DNA from: an uncultured Arcobacter sp. | GTDB lineage: Bacteria; Campylobacterota; Campylobacteria; Campylobacterales; Arcobacteraceae | NCBI GenBank assembly: GCA_965140705.1 | Contig: OZ223302.1 | Coordinates: forward strand, 448,001-512,000 | Reading direction: 5' to 3' | DNA length: 64,000 bases | Part shown: positions 21,685 through 32,624 of the stretch, piece by piece | How the letters are laid out: the number at the start of each line of letters is the position of its first letter | Numbering within the stretch: the first letter of the stretch is position 1 | Notes under the pieces: model-generated | The model's database searches: none | What the model was told of the DNA's origin: nothing | The model's input: the letters and a program-made list of their open reading frames with translations, nothing else | Translations under genes and position numbers: made by a program

Positions 21685-22254
21685 ATGGATATTTTAAATA
21701 AACAATTATTTTTAATTATAAATTCGTATGCTAATAAAAATCATATTCTTGATTTCATCTTAATTAAACTCTCTCAAGACTTTATTTGGTTTTTAATTAT
21801 AATGGAGTTTTATCTATTTTTTTTTAAAAAAGAAAAAGATATTGCATTATTTGGATTTTACTCTTCAATGCTTAGCCTAAGTATTAACTCAATTGTAGGA
21901 ATATTTTATTTCCACAATAGACCCTTTATGGATGGTTTAGGAAATTTATTGGTTTATCATGTATCAGATAATTCTTTTCCTTCTGATCATACATCTTTTA
22001 TGCTAGCAATATCTATTACATATATAATATTTAGTAATTCTATTAACTTCAAAAGTGCTATATTACTTTTTTCTATACTAAGTGCAATATCTAGAGTTTT
22101 CATAGGAGTCCATTACCCTATGGATATATTAGCAGGAATAATTATTGGAGCTACAAGTTCTATTTATATATATATATTAAAAAAAGAATTTTATAAAATA
22201 AATCAATACATAATATTAATTTTCAATAAATACTCTATAAAAAAAAATTCTTAA
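21685..22254 (+). CDS. PAP2-family undecaprenyl-diphosphate phosphatase (BcrC/YbjG-like)
   Basis: HNRPF, SFPSDH, SRVFIGVHYPMDI. Confidence 0.9.
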   Translation: MDILNKQLFLIINSYANKNHILDFILIKLSQDFIWFLIIMEFYLFFFKKEKDIALFGFYSSMLSLSINSIVGIFYFHNRPFMDGLGNLLVYHVSDNSFPSDHTSFMLAISITYIIFSNSINFKSAILLFSILSAISRVFIGVHYPMDILAGIIIGATSSIYIYILKKEFYKINQYIILIFNKYSIKKNS

Positions 22255-22355
22255 AACCCATTATTTCTAAAAAAAATAGTACTTAAACTAACCATAATTT
22301 AGCTATGATTTCATCATCAAATATGCTCAACTTATAAGGGATTTATACAAAAGAG

Positions 22356-23315
22356 ATGAAATTGTTTTTTAGAAAATTGATATACCTTATTATTATGCTT
22401 TTTATTATTAGTCTAATATCTTTTTTAGCTATACATCTTGCTCCTAATTCATTTTTTGCAAGTGGAGATTTAAATCCAAACATCACAGAAGAGTCAATCA
22501 AACACTTAAAGTCTATTTATGGCTTAGATAAACCACTTTATGTACAATATTTTTCTTGGCTTTTTGCAATACTCCACCTTGATTTTGGTATCTCTTTTAG
22601 CTCAGGAGAAATGGTTAAAAATGAGATTTTAAATAGAATCCCAATAACACTTGTTTTAAATATTACCTCTATGATTTTTATATTTATATTATCACTTTAT
22701 TTAGGTATTAAATCAGCTCTAAATAAATCAACTTTTTTTGATAAATTTACTGGTCAACTTTCACTTTTAAGTTTTTCTATGCCCTCTTTTTATTTAGCAC
22801 TACTTGGTGTTTTAATTTTTGCAGTTAATTTTGAGGTTCTACCTATATCTGGATTGCATAGTGTAAAAGATGATGGAAGTTTTAGTTACTATTTAGATTT
22901 TGCAAAGCATTTAGTTTTACCAATATTTATAATTGTTTTTGGGGGAATTGGAAGTTTGACTTTATATATAAGATCACTTACAATTGAAATACTAAAAAGT
23001 GATTATATCTTTTTTGCCAAAGCTAGAGGACTAAGTAAAAAACAAATTTTGAGATACTATATTTTACCAAATTTGTATCCACCTGTTATTACAATACTTG
23101 GTTTATCCCTTCCAGGAATTATTGGTGGGTCTGTTATACTTGAAACAATATTTTCAATAGATGGGATGGGCTTATTATTTTATCATAGTGCTTTAGCCCA
23201 TGATTATCCAGTAATTATGGGAATACTAATTATTGGAGCATTTTTAACTCTTCTTGGGAATATATTGGCTGATTTAGTTTTACTAAAACTCAATCCAAAT
23301 TTTGATACAAAATAG
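22356..23315 (+). CDS. peptide ABC transporter permease (DppB/OppB-like)
   Basis: [40 protein letters not shown]. Confidence 0.92.
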   Translation: MKLFFRKLIYLIIMLFIISLISFLAIHLAPNSFFASGDLNPNITEESIKHLKSIYGLDKPLYVQYFSWLFAILHLDFGISFSSGEMVKNEILNRIPITLVLNITSMIFIFILSLYLGIKSALNKSTFFDKFTGQLSLLSFSMPSFYLALLGVLIFAVNFEVLPISGLHSVKDDGSFSYYLDFAKHLVLPIFIIVFGGIGSLTLYIRSLTIEILKSDYIFFAKARGLSKKQILRYYILPNLYPPVITILGLSLPGIIGGSVILETIFSIDGMGLLFYHSALAHDYPVIMGILIIGAFLTLLGNILADLVLLKLNPNFDTK

Positions 23316-23346
23316 AAATAATAAAAAAATTATTAAAGGAAATTTA

Positions 23347-24171
23347 TTGAAAATAATTAATACTATAGAAGAATTACAAACTATTAGAAAAGAGTTAAAA
23401 GGAACAATTGGTTTTGTTCCAACTATGGGTGCTTTACATGAAGGGCACATTTCACTTATAAAAAATGCAAGACTAAATAATGACATTGTAATAGTTTCGA
23501 TTTTTCTAAATCCAACACAATTTTTACCAAATGAAGACTTAGACAAATATCCAAAAAAAGATGCAGCAGATAAAAGAATCTGTGAACTTTGCAAAGTAGA
23601 TTATCTCTTTATGCCAGATGTTAAGTCTATGTACCAAAGCAATGATGAGATTTCCATAAAAGCTCCAAAAATAACTGGCTTTATATTAGAAGGGGAAAAA
23701 AGACCAGGTCACTTTGATGGAGTATTACAAGTGGTTTTAAAACTATTTAATTTAGTTCAGCCTCAAAATGCCTATTTTGGTAAAAAAGATGCCCAACAAC
23801 TTTCTCTAATCTCACAAATGGTTAAAAATCTTTTTTTACCTATAAATATAATTGAATGTGACATTATACGAGAAGCAGATGGTCTTGCAATGAGTTCAAG
23901 AAATATTTATTTATCAATTGAAGAGAGAAAAGAAGCTTTAGCAATTTCAAAATCTTTAAATATGACAATTATTGCTGTTACAAAAGGTGAAAGAGATGCT
24001 GAAGTTATAAAAACAAAAATGAAAGAAATAATGTCAAATCTAGATATAGAGTATATAGCAATAGTAAATAGAAATTTTGAAGAGATTCAAACAATAGAAG
24101 TAAAAAATACAATCATACTAATTGCATGTAAAGTTGGTAATACAAGACTTATCGATAATATGTGGATATAA
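23347..24171 (+). CDS. panC: pantoate--beta-alanine ligase
   Basis: [43 protein letters not shown] start at 23347 after AAAGGA. Confidence 0.97.
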   Translation: MKIINTIEELQTIRKELKGTIGFVPTMGALHEGHISLIKNARLNNDIVIVSIFLNPTQFLPNEDLDKYPKKDAADKRICELCKVDYLFMPDVKSMYQSNDEISIKAPKITGFILEGEKRPGHFDGVLQVVLKLFNLVQPQNAYFGKKDAQQLSLISQMVKNLFLPINIIECDIIREADGLAMSSRNIYLSIEERKEALAISKSLNMTIIAVTKGERDAEVIKTKMKEIMSNLDIEYIAIVNRNFEEIQTIEVKNTIILIACKVGNTRLIDNMWI

Positions 24172-24185
24172 ACTCTTAAAAGAGT

Positions 24186-24368
24186 TTATATCGTACATTT
24201 TTTACTTATTATACATAAAGGGCAAAAGTTAGCTAGTCCTGCTAATAAAGGCAATATACCTAAATAAAACCAGGCAATACCAGTATATACTCCTGCTAAG
24301 ATTAAAATTATACCTATGGCAATTCTAAACTTTCTACAAAAAAGTTTTATTTTATCAAATTTATTCAT
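24186..24368 (-). CDS. DUF2892/YgaP-like small membrane protein
   Basis: RIAIG...LGILPLLAGLANFCPL motif; AAGGA RBS. Confidence 0.7.
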   Translation of the reverse strand: MNKFDKIKLFCRKFRIAIGIILILAGVYTGIAWFYLGILPLLAGLANFCPLCIISKKCTI

Positions 24369-24538
24369 TCCAAAATCCTTATTTAGATAAGTTTTACTTA
24401 TTTAAAATTATACATATTATGAGCATATTTGTCAAATATAATTATAACAAATTATTATAATTAAATATTATAATTTTTCCTATTTTTGATAAATTCAAAC
24501 TATTATGCTAAAATTCCAAAAAAACTAATAGGTTATAT

Positions 24539-25879
24539 ATGAAATTTTCAACACAAAATCCCAAGAAGTCACTACACTTAGTTAGCCTTGGCTGCACTAA
24601 AAATTTAGTTGATTCTGAAATCATGCTTGGTAAACTAAAAGATTATACAATATCAAATGATGCAGAGACCTCTGATGTAATTATTGTAAATACATGTGGT
24701 TTTATTGATAGTGCAAAAGAAGAGAGTATAAATACAATTCTAAACTTACATGAACAAAGAAAAAAAGATTCAGTTTTAGTTATGGCTGGATGTTTAAGTG
24801 AAAGATATAAAGAAGAGTTGCAAAAAGAATTACCAGAAATTGATATTTTTACAGGAGTTGGAGATTATGATAAAATCGACACACTTGTAAATGAAAAAAG
24901 AAGTGGCTTCACAAATGAAGTATTTTTACTAAATGAAACAAATGATAGAGTTATCACTGGTTCAAACTATCATGCCTATATCAAACTATCTGAAGGCTGC
25001 AATCAAGTTTGTTCGTTCTGTGCAATTCCTTCATTTAAAGGGAAACTTCACTCTAGAACCTTAGAATCTCTTCTTAAAGAGGTTAAGAATCTTGTCTCTC
25101 AAGGTTTCTGTGATTTTTCTTTTGTTTCACAAGATAGTTCATCTTTTTTAAGGGATTTAAATATTAATGATGGATTAGAAAGACTTGTTAATGAAGTTGA
25201 AAAAATAGAAGGAATCAAAAGTGCCAGAATTTTATACCTTTATCCCTCTACAACAACTTTATCACTTATCAAAAAAATAGAAGACTCTCCAGTATTTAAA
25301 AACTACTTTGATATGCCATTGCAACACATAAGCTCTAAGGTGCTTAAAATCATGAAAAGAGGTAAAGGAGTAGAAAAGCTTAAAGAACTCATGGGTGCCA
25401 TGAGAAACACTCCTAATTCCTTTGTAAGGACTACTTTTATTGCAGGTCATCCAGGTGAAACACAAGAAGACTTTGAAGAATTATGTTCTTATGTGGAAGA
25501 GTATGGATTTGATAGGGCAAATGTATTTTCATATTCTGATGAAGATGGCACTAGTGCATATGAACTTGATGGAAAAGTAGATCAAGAGATTATTGATAAA
25601 AGAGCTGAAACTTTAGGTGAAATAATTCAAAGAAAAACTTTAGAATCTTTGGAAAAAGAGATTGGACAAATAGTAGATGTATATATTGATGGAGAAAGTG
25701 ATGAACATGAATATTTACTTAGTGCTAGAAAAACAATTTGGGCACCTGAAATTGATGGAGAGATTTATATCAATGACAATGAAACAGGAAAAGAGTTAAC
25801 AGTAGGAAAATCATATCAAGTAAAAATAAGTGAATTAGCAGGTGATAAACTACTTGGAACAGCAATTAAAGAGATTTAA
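24539..25879 (+). CDS. rimO: ribosomal protein S12 methylthiotransferase
   Basis: SLGCTKNLVDSE, NTCGFI, radical-SAM CNQVCSFC, APEIDG. Confidence 0.96.
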   Translation: MKFSTQNPKKSLHLVSLGCTKNLVDSEIMLGKLKDYTISNDAETSDVIIVNTCGFIDSAKEESINTILNLHEQRKKDSVLVMAGCLSERYKEELQKELPEIDIFTGVGDYDKIDTLVNEKRSGFTNEVFLLNETNDRVITGSNYHAYIKLSEGCNQVCSFCAIPSFKGKLHSRTLESLLKEVKNLVSQGFCDFSFVSQDSSSFLRDLNINDGLERLVNEVEKIEGIKSARILYLYPSTTTLSLIKKIEDSPVFKNYFDMPLQHISSKVLKIMKRGKGVEKLKELMGAMRNTPNSFVRTTFIAGHPGETQEDFEELCSYVEEYGFDRANVFSYSDEDGTSAYELDGKVDQEIIDKRAETLGEIIQRKTLESLEKEIGQIVDVYIDGESDEHEYLLSARKTIWAPEIDGEIYINDNETGKELTVGKSYQVKISELAGDKLLGTAIKEI

Positions 25880-26853
25880 TGATTAATTTTAATATCAATA
25901 CCACAAAAAATCTTTTGGCATTTTCAGGTGGTATTGATTCTTCTGCCCTCTTCTTTTTACTCTTAAATGAAAATATTCCTTTTGATATTGCAATTGTTAA
26001 TTATAATCAAAGAGAACAATCAAAAGATGAAGTTGCTTATGCAAAAGAGTTAGCTAATAAATACAATAAAAAGTGCTTTTTAAAAGAGGTAATATTAACA
26101 AATAACTCTAACTTTGAAAAAGAAGCAAGAGATATAAGATATGACTTTTTTGATGAAATAATCAAAGAGTATGATTATGATACATTAATTACAGCCCATC
26201 AATTAAATGACAAACTAGAGTGGTTTATGATGCAGTTAAGCAAAGGGGCTGGATTAGTTGAACTAATTGGATTAGAAGAAAAAACGAAAAAAGATAACTA
26301 TACTATTTATAGACCTCTTCTTGAACTCTCAAAAGAAGAACTTGAAATATTTTTAAAAGAAAATAATCATAAATATTTTATTGATGAATCAAATTATGAT
26401 GAGAAATACAAAAGAAACTATTTTAGAAAAAACTTTGTAAATGAGTTGATAAAAGAATACAAAAATGGTATTAAAAATAGTTTCAAATATTTAAACAATG
26501 ATATTCAATCTTTAAATGTAAATTTTGAACCCATATATAAAAAAGAATCTTTAGAAATCTTTGAAAACAAAAAAGATGACAATCTAAATATTAAAATAAT
26601 AGATAAATCTTTAAAAAAAAGAGGAATACTTTTATCTAATGCACAAAGAAATGAAATACTTAAACAAAAAGAAATAACAATATCTGATAAAATAAACATT
26701 TCTATCTCAAAAGAGTATATTTATATCTGTCCAAAAACTATAAATGCGATGGATAAAAAGTTTAAAGAAATTTGTAGAGTACATAAAATTCCAAAAAAGA
26801 TTAGAGCATATCTTTTTGAAAAAAATATTGAAATAAAAGAGCTATTTATTTAA
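25879..26853 (+). CDS. tilS: tRNA(Ile)-lysidine synthase
   Basis: AFSGGIDS PP-loop, TAHQLND, RPLL, DESN, RNYFR. Confidence 0.93.
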   Translation: MINFNINTTKNLLAFSGGIDSSALFFLLLNENIPFDIAIVNYNQREQSKDEVAYAKELANKYNKKCFLKEVILTNNSNFEKEARDIRYDFFDEIIKEYDYDTLITAHQLNDKLEWFMMQLSKGAGLVELIGLEEKTKKDNYTIYRPLLELSKEELEIFLKENNHKYFIDESNYDEKYKRNYFRKNFVNELIKEYKNGIKNSFKYLNNDIQSLNVNFEPIYKKESLEIFENKKDDNLNIKIIDKSLKKRGILLSNAQRNEILKQKEITISDKINISISKEYIYICPKTINAMDKKFKEICRVHKIPKKIRAYLFEKNIEIKELFI

Positions 26854-27111
26854 AAACTTTTTCATTTGGGTAATAGATTTCATCTGTTCTAAAATATTTT
26901 CTCTATGAGTATATAAAAAGTTAGCATTTTTAAAAAGTAATTCTCTTAATTTTAAAAGTTCTTCATGTGATAATTCAAAGTCAGTAATATTTGTAGTAGT
27001 TAAATAAGTTTCAGTCCAAGACCTTAAGCCCTCAGCTCTTTCTTCTTCATCTAAAGAATCAACATAAGTTAATCTCTTTAGTGCTTCTAAAGACCAGTCT
27101 CGTCTTTCCAT
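26842..27111 (-). CDS. hypothetical protein, positionally FliT-like
   Basis: Small helical ORF overlapping the fliS 3' end in fliD-fliS-x order. Confidence 0.6.
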   Translation of the reverse strand: MERRDWSLEALKRLTYVDSLDEEERAEGLRSWTETYLTTTNITDFELSHEELLKLRELLFKNANFLYTHRENILEQMKSITQMKKFLNK

Positions 27112-27443
27112 GCTTCTATTAGACCTTGAGTTACTTTTTTAACTTGGTGTATTAAATTTACATTATCATTAATACCTGATGTGAAAAGTGTCTCTATTTG
27201 ATAAAGATATAAACCATCTAAATAATGAGCGATATCTCCCCCATCAAAATCTAATATATTTCTAAGTTCATCAAAAATTGCGATTGATTTGTTAATATAA
27301 ATAAATTTTTCTTCAACATCTCCATTTTCCATTGCTTCTTCTGCAAAAGATAGATATCTCAATAATCCCTCATAAAGCTTTAGTATTAAAACATAAGGAT
27401 CATTACTAACTGCATTTTGTTGATTATAAACCTCTATTCCCAC
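27087..27443 (-). CDS. fliS: flagellar export chaperone FliS
   Basis: LILKLYEG, LDFDGGDIAHYLDGLY, LIEAWK. Confidence 0.92.
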   Translation of the reverse strand: MGIEVYNQQNAVSNDPYVLILKLYEGLLRYLSFAEEAMENGDVEEKFIYINKSIAIFDELRNILDFDGGDIAHYLDGLYLYQIETLFTSGINDNVNLIHQVKKVTQGLIEAWKDETGL

Positions 27444-27494
27444 AAATCATCTCCATTTTTTTATACATAGGAGTATAGTATATTCAAACTTAAA

Positions 27495-29096
27495 TTACTT
27501 AGAAGTGCTTTGATTAATCATCATCTCCAAACTAGAAAATTGTGCATTAAATTGATTTATAATTACCCCATACGCTGAAAACTGATTTGCAAGCTGAGAA
27601 TACTTTGAGTCTAAACTCTCTGTCTCTTCTTTTAATTGTTTATCTAGTTCTTTCTTTCTTGATGTCATATTATTTTCATATGTAGTTATAGCACCATCAG
27701 TACCATCCATAGCATCAACTATTGTTTTTAATTGTGTACCAAAGCCCTCTTTCTCAGCAGTTCCTATAAATAAATCTTTTAGATTATCAAAATCATCACT
27801 AACTGCTTTATTAAAATCACTTTCATTTAATGAATAATTACCATTTTTATCAACTTCTAGTCCAAAATTAAATAGATTTAAACTACCTTCTTTAACAGGG
27901 TTTCCATCTGTACCATCATTACTATCTTGACCATAATTTTTAAACATCATATTTTTTATTTGAGATTGTATATCTCTTAATGTTGATCTATCTTGTACCT
28001 TTGAATCACCTGAATAAAGCTCAGCATCGATTGCTTTAGATAAAGTATTAAATTTATCAATAAAATCTTTAAACATTGTTGCTATTTGTGATTTATCTTT
28101 TTCAATAGAAATAGATGAATCACCAACTTTCGTAGCAGAGATCTTTAATCCTCCATCAACGGTTACAACATTTGAAGAAACATCATAATCAACACCATCA
28201 ATTTTTGCTTTCATGTTTTGTGCAGTTAGAGTATGATTCTCATTGGTTAAATTTAAGCCTAAATCATCATTTGTAACTTCAACTGCACCTCCATCACTTC
28301 TTGTTATTATAACTTTACCATCAGCATTAATTCCTGCAGCAAATGAAGGATCAGCGTTAATTCGTGAAATAAATTGACTATTTGTTTCATTTCCACTAGT
28401 AGTAAAAGTTGTTCCATTTAAAGTCAATGATAAACCAGAATTAGGAATTGTTCCCGAAGCAATTGTGGAACTTGAAATAAAATTATTAAGCCCTAAATCA
28501 ACACTAGTCTGTGTTATACTTAAAGCATTATCAACACCTGAATCTTCACTCTTTATAACCATTCTATAAGAATCAGTTCCTACTGCTTCTATAGAAGCAT
28601 TTAATTTTGAACTAAAATTAATCTTATCAGCTACTTCTTGATATGTTTTATTAAAAGTTGAATATTCAGCTCCATTTATTGTTATAACAGAACCTGGTAC
28701 AGTTGAAATTATTGCATCTTTATCAGTAAATGTTGAAGTTTGATAAACATCCCTTTGTGCAATTTGACTTACACTCACATTTGTAGTTCCTGTATTTAAT
28801 TTACTTGCATCAACAGCATCAAATACTACTGAATCACCCGTAGTTGTAGCCGATTTTTGGGAAAAGGCATTTACTCCACCTACCACAAATAAGTCAAAGG
28901 GTTTAATTGCATCAAGTACATCTTGAACTTGTAATTTAATATTTGCAACTTTTACACCTTCTTCATCCAAGTCTTTTAAACTTGTTTCAATGGGTTCTAC
29001 TGTAGCTTTTCTCTCTGCTGCTTTTAACTTATCAATTAACTCTTGATTTAAAGAAGAAGCTTGCCCTGTTCCTAGTCCTAATACACCCTCAGCCAT
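27495..29096 (-). CDS. fliD: flagellar filament cap protein
   Basis: LIDKLKAAE N-terminus, DGVDY..SSN, C-terminal QFSAY coiled coil; upstream of fliS. Confidence 0.92.
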   Translation of the reverse strand: MAEGVLGLGTGQASSLNQELIDKLKAAERKATVEPIETSLKDLDEEGVKVANIKLQVQDVLDAIKPFDLFVVGGVNAFSQKSATTTGDSVVFDAVDASKLNTGTTNVSVSQIAQRDVYQTSTFTDKDAIISTVPGSVITINGAEYSTFNKTYQEVADKINFSSKLNASIEAVGTDSYRMVIKSEDSGVDNALSITQTSVDLGLNNFISSSTIASGTIPNSGLSLTLNGTTFTTSGNETNSQFISRINADPSFAAGINADGKVIITRSDGGAVEVTNDDLGLNLTNENHTLTAQNMKAKIDGVDYDVSSNVVTVDGGLKISATKVGDSSISIEKDKSQIATMFKDFIDKFNTLSKAIDAELYSGDSKVQDRSTLRDIQSQIKNMMFKNYGQDSNDGTDGNPVKEGSLNLFNFGLEVDKNGNYSLNESDFNKAVSDDFDNLKDLFIGTAEKEGFGTQLKTIVDAMDGTDGAITTYENNMTSRKKELDKQLKEETESLDSKYSQLANQFSAYGVIINQFNAQFSSLEMMINQSTSK

Positions 29097-29106
29097 AATT
29101 TACTCC

Positions 29107-31848
29107 TTATCTCTTGATTCCAAGAAGAGTTTTTAACATTTCATCAACAGTTGTTATCATTTTTGCATTTGCAGAATATGCTGATTGAAATTTTATTAAA
29201 TTAATCATCTCTTCATCATTATCAACTTTTGTTACCAAATCATATGAGTTATTCATTGATTCACTAACTGCCTTTTGAGTCTCAACTGTAAAGTCACTGC
29301 TCTCTTTATCCCTTGATATATTTGTTCTAAGATTTTGCATATATTGAGAAAATGACATAGTTTCATTATCCCCTGATACTTTATCATTTGATTTATCTTG
29401 ACCATAACCTAAAAATGAAATATTTTCTTCCCATTGATGACCTGCTAAATAGTCATAATCTTTTTGTTCTAAGTTACCTACAACTTCACTATGAAACTTC
29501 ATTGTTCTAACACTAGAACCACTAAATAAGTTTATATCATCTGCAACTCTTATATCATTATCCGTTGCAATTTCACCACTAACATATGTTCCATCATCAT
29601 TTTTAATATAACTAGAAGTCATATCAACAAATGTTTTAGCAAAAGAGTCTAAGGCATCTTTATACTCTTGAAATTTATTTTTTCCAGAATCTGTAGTTAA
29701 ATTTTCTATTATGGCTTTTAATTTACCACTTGAAAAAGATATTGGATCATCTTTTGAAGTTATACTTACAGCAGTATTTGCTAAATCACTTCTTTTCTCA
29801 TTTTTATAAATAGAATTTGAGACAACACCTTCTTTATTATTTATAACCATAGTAGATGTCATAGTAATAGGCGTTAATCCACTAGGTGCCGCATTATCTG
29901 TTATTGAAAAACTATATGTTTGATTTGTATTAACAGGAGCCAATTCATTTGTATCTGTAGTAAAACTAAAACTCTTAACCCCTGGTGGAATAGTTATTTC
30001 TCCGGTTTCGGCATTATAAGTTATGGTATCAGGTACAAATTTAGGTGACAAGTCAAAATAACTTCCTGTATCATCACTAAAAGATACTTTCATTACTTGC
30101 GCCGTTGTTGTTGCATTTTTCAATTCAACAGTATGTGTAATACTACTTCCATCAACTGCACTTAAACTTTTTATAGAACTAACTTGTGTTGTTCCACTAG
30201 CTTGTGTAGCACCTGTAACTGGATTGACATTGGGAATTGCACTAACTAATGGATTCGAATTTGTATTTTCCGTTGAAACTTCAAAATTTTGTGTTATATC
30301 TTTACCATCATTTACAACATTAAGTACAGAAGTAATATTACTCGTATCTGAACCATTTGTTTCTGTTAAAGATAAAGTATACTTTTGATTTACTCCAAAT
30401 AAAGCAGCTGCAGCTTCAGGACTTCCTGCTTCACCTTCAGCAGAATTAATGGTTATTGTAAAAGAGTCAATCCCTGCAGGAACTGTAAGTTTTTTTGTAC
30501 TAGCATTATAAGTAACACTTGGTGGAACAAAAATTGGTACAGCTCCTGATGTTGAAGGATTACTAGATATATCAATATCAAAAACTTCAGAAGATGTTGT
30601 AGTTGCCCCTAAATTTACAGTATGAGTTAAGCTTAAGCCGTCATTTGCGAATTTACTCTCAATTGAAACTGAATTATTATTAATTACAGGACTAACTGTA
30701 ACTGTACCTTGATTTATAGAGTATGGCTCTTCTGTGAAAGTAACTCTACTATCAAATTTACCTTCAATTCCTGGAGTTTTTGATTCAACTAATAAAAATT
30801 TATCTTGACTATCAATAGTTGATTTATGACCATATTTATCAACATCATATGTACCATTATATGCTTTTACTTTAGATGCTAAATCAGAAGTATTTATTTT
30901 ATGAACTAATGCCCTTACATAATTAGTTTCATCTACTTTTACAGTCTCATCTACTCCATCTCCATTTAAGTCAAAAACCATTGTTTCGCCATATTCAACA
31001 CTAACTGAATTTTCATTATCTAATTCAAAGGTAATTACATCTTCTTCATCAAAAGTATCTGAAGGACTTAAGATACTACTTTTTGATCCTTCTTGTGTAA
31101 CATATCTATCTATTTGTGCTTTTTTCTCTTCTCCAACTTCTAGTTTTGACATTGTAGTATTTGAAATAACTGTTTGATTACCAATTTTTAATTCATAAAA
31201 ATCTTTATCCCTATCAACAGTTATATTAGCATATGTAGATATTTCTTTTTCTAATAAATCTCTTTTATCAAGTAAATCATTAGAAGCAAAACCTTGCTCT
31301 TTCATTTTTAGATTAATTCTTTGAATTTGTTCAAGTTTTGAATTTATTTGATCAACATCTTCAGTTAAAGATTTTTTAAAAGTATTTTCTTGTTCTTCAA
31401 TTCCATCATAAAGAGCGTTTAAATCATCAATTACTTTTTGTCCAGTAATTTTTAATTGATTTTTATATACTTCATTGTTTGGATTTGCTCTTATACTTTC
31501 AATTGTTTGAAAATATTTGTCTAAATCAGTTGATAAGCCAGCAGTATCAGTCTCTTTAAATACTGCTTCAATATTTCCTAACATCAAAGACATTTCTGAT
31601 TGATAATTATCTTTACTATTTTGTTTTATTATATTATCATATAAATATTGACTAGTGATTCTAACTGTATCATCAACTGATACACCTCTTCCCCACTGTC
31701 TATTATCACTTTGAGTTAATTCACTTGTCTCTACAACTCTTTTTTTATATCCCTCAGTATTTACATTAGCAAGGTTATTCATTGTATTTTCAACAGCTAT
31801 TTGTGCTGCTCGTAAACCTGATTGGGCTACATTTAACGCATCTAACAT
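29107..31848 (-). CDS. flgK: flagellar hook-associated protein FlgK with ~300 aa internal insertion
   Basis: SGLRAAQ..NNLANVNTEGY, NDLLDKRD, VDNDEEMINLIKFQSAYSANAKMI. Confidence 0.92.
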   Translation of the reverse strand: MLDALNVAQSGLRAAQIAVENTMNNLANVNTEGYKKRVVETSELTQSDNRQWGRGVSVDDTVRITSQYLYDNIIKQNSKDNYQSEMSLMLGNIEAVFKETDTAGLSTDLDKYFQTIESIRANPNNEVYKNQLKITGQKVIDDLNALYDGIEEQENTFKKSLTEDVDQINSKLEQIQRINLKMKEQGFASNDLLDKRDLLEKEISTYANITVDRDKDFYELKIGNQTVISNTTMSKLEVGEEKKAQIDRYVTQEGSKSSILSPSDTFDEEDVITFELDNENSVSVEYGETMVFDLNGDGVDETVKVDETNYVRALVHKINTSDLASKVKAYNGTYDVDKYGHKSTIDSQDKFLLVESKTPGIEGKFDSRVTFTEEPYSINQGTVTVSPVINNNSVSIESKFANDGLSLTHTVNLGATTTSSEVFDIDISSNPSTSGAVPIFVPPSVTYNASTKKLTVPAGIDSFTITINSAEGEAGSPEAAAALFGVNQKYTLSLTETNGSDTSNITSVLNVVNDGKDITQNFEVSTENTNSNPLVSAIPNVNPVTGATQASGTTQVSSIKSLSAVDGSSITHTVELKNATTTAQVMKVSFSDDTGSYFDLSPKFVPDTITYNAETGEITIPPGVKSFSFTTDTNELAPVNTNQTYSFSITDNAAPSGLTPITMTSTMVINNKEGVVSNSIYKNEKRSDLANTAVSITSKDDPISFSSGKLKAIIENLTTDSGKNKFQEYKDALDSFAKTFVDMTSSYIKNDDGTYVSGEIATDNDIRVADDINLFSGSSVRTMKFHSEVVGNLEQKDYDYLAGHQWEENISFLGYGQDKSNDKVSGDNETMSFSQYMQNLRTNISRDKESSDFTVETQKAVSESMNNSYDLVTKVDNDEEMINLIKFQSAYSANAKMITTVDEMLKTLLGIKR

Positions 31849-31910
31849 TGTACCTTCCTTTGGGATAATATCCCTAATTATTACATTACAATTCTTAAAA
31901 TTAGATTAAA

Positions 31911-32624
31911 TCAGAAAGGCCAAAGCATTTTTAGCAGTTTTGTACCCCAAGGAACATGCATAACATCTTGTTCTTCCCCATCTTTTTTATACAAAACTTT
32001 TAAATTTGCAATTTGAGATGACTTTATAGAGTTATCTGGACTTATATCATAAGGTCTAATAACCCCCGAAATTATTATCTCTTGCTTCTGTTCATCTATC
32101 AACATCTCTTTAGAACCTTTTATATAGTAGTTCCCATTCTTATATGTTTCCTCTATTATAACAGAAAGTGTCGTAGAAAAAGATTCATCAGCATTAGCTT
32201 TTATCTTTCCTTTAAATGAACTATTATTACTTGAGTTAAATTGTACACCACCAATACTATTGATTTTATTTGCTACAGATTGTACTGTAGAGTTTAAAGG
32301 GACATTATTTCCTGTAGCTGGAGTTACTAAACCACCACCCATAGATTCAGCACTTGTATTTGTAAGTTCTCTTTTATTACTTGTATTTGAAGTTAAAGAT
32401 TCATCTATAACTACTTGAATTATATCTCCAACTTGTAAATCTTTCTTATCAGCAAATAAAGAAGGCCCTTTTCTTGAATATAAAGAACCCTTATTATAAT
32501 GTGGAGTTGGTTTAGGTTTTAAAACTTGAGCAGGTGGTTTCTCAAATTTTAACTCTGGTTCAGTTGATACGCACGAATTGAAAAAAAATGGAATTGTCAA
32601 AATTAAAAGATACTTACTTTTCAT
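31911..32624 (-). CDS. flgH: flagellar L-ring protein
   Basis: Lipoprotein; LFADKK..VGDII, SGVIRPYDI..DNSIKSSQIAN. Confidence 0.95.
   Translation of the reverse strand: MKSKYLLILTIPFFFNSCVSTEPELKFEKPPAQVLKPKPTPHYNKGSLYSRKGPSLFADKKDLQVGDIIQVVIDESLTSNTSNKRELTNTSAESMGGGLVTPATGNNVPLNSTVQSVANKINSIGGVQFNSSNNSSFKGKIKANADESFSTTLSVIIEETYKNGNYYIKGSKEMLIDEQKQEIIISGVIRPYDISPDNSIKSSQIANLKVLYKKDGEEQDVMHVPWGTKLLKMLWPF

Noticed and set aside
22356..23315. Orphan ABC permease as a sign of decay or insertion
   Set aside because: ORF is intact with host-like composition; dispersed ABC subunits are not unusual, so there is no evidence of pseudogenisation
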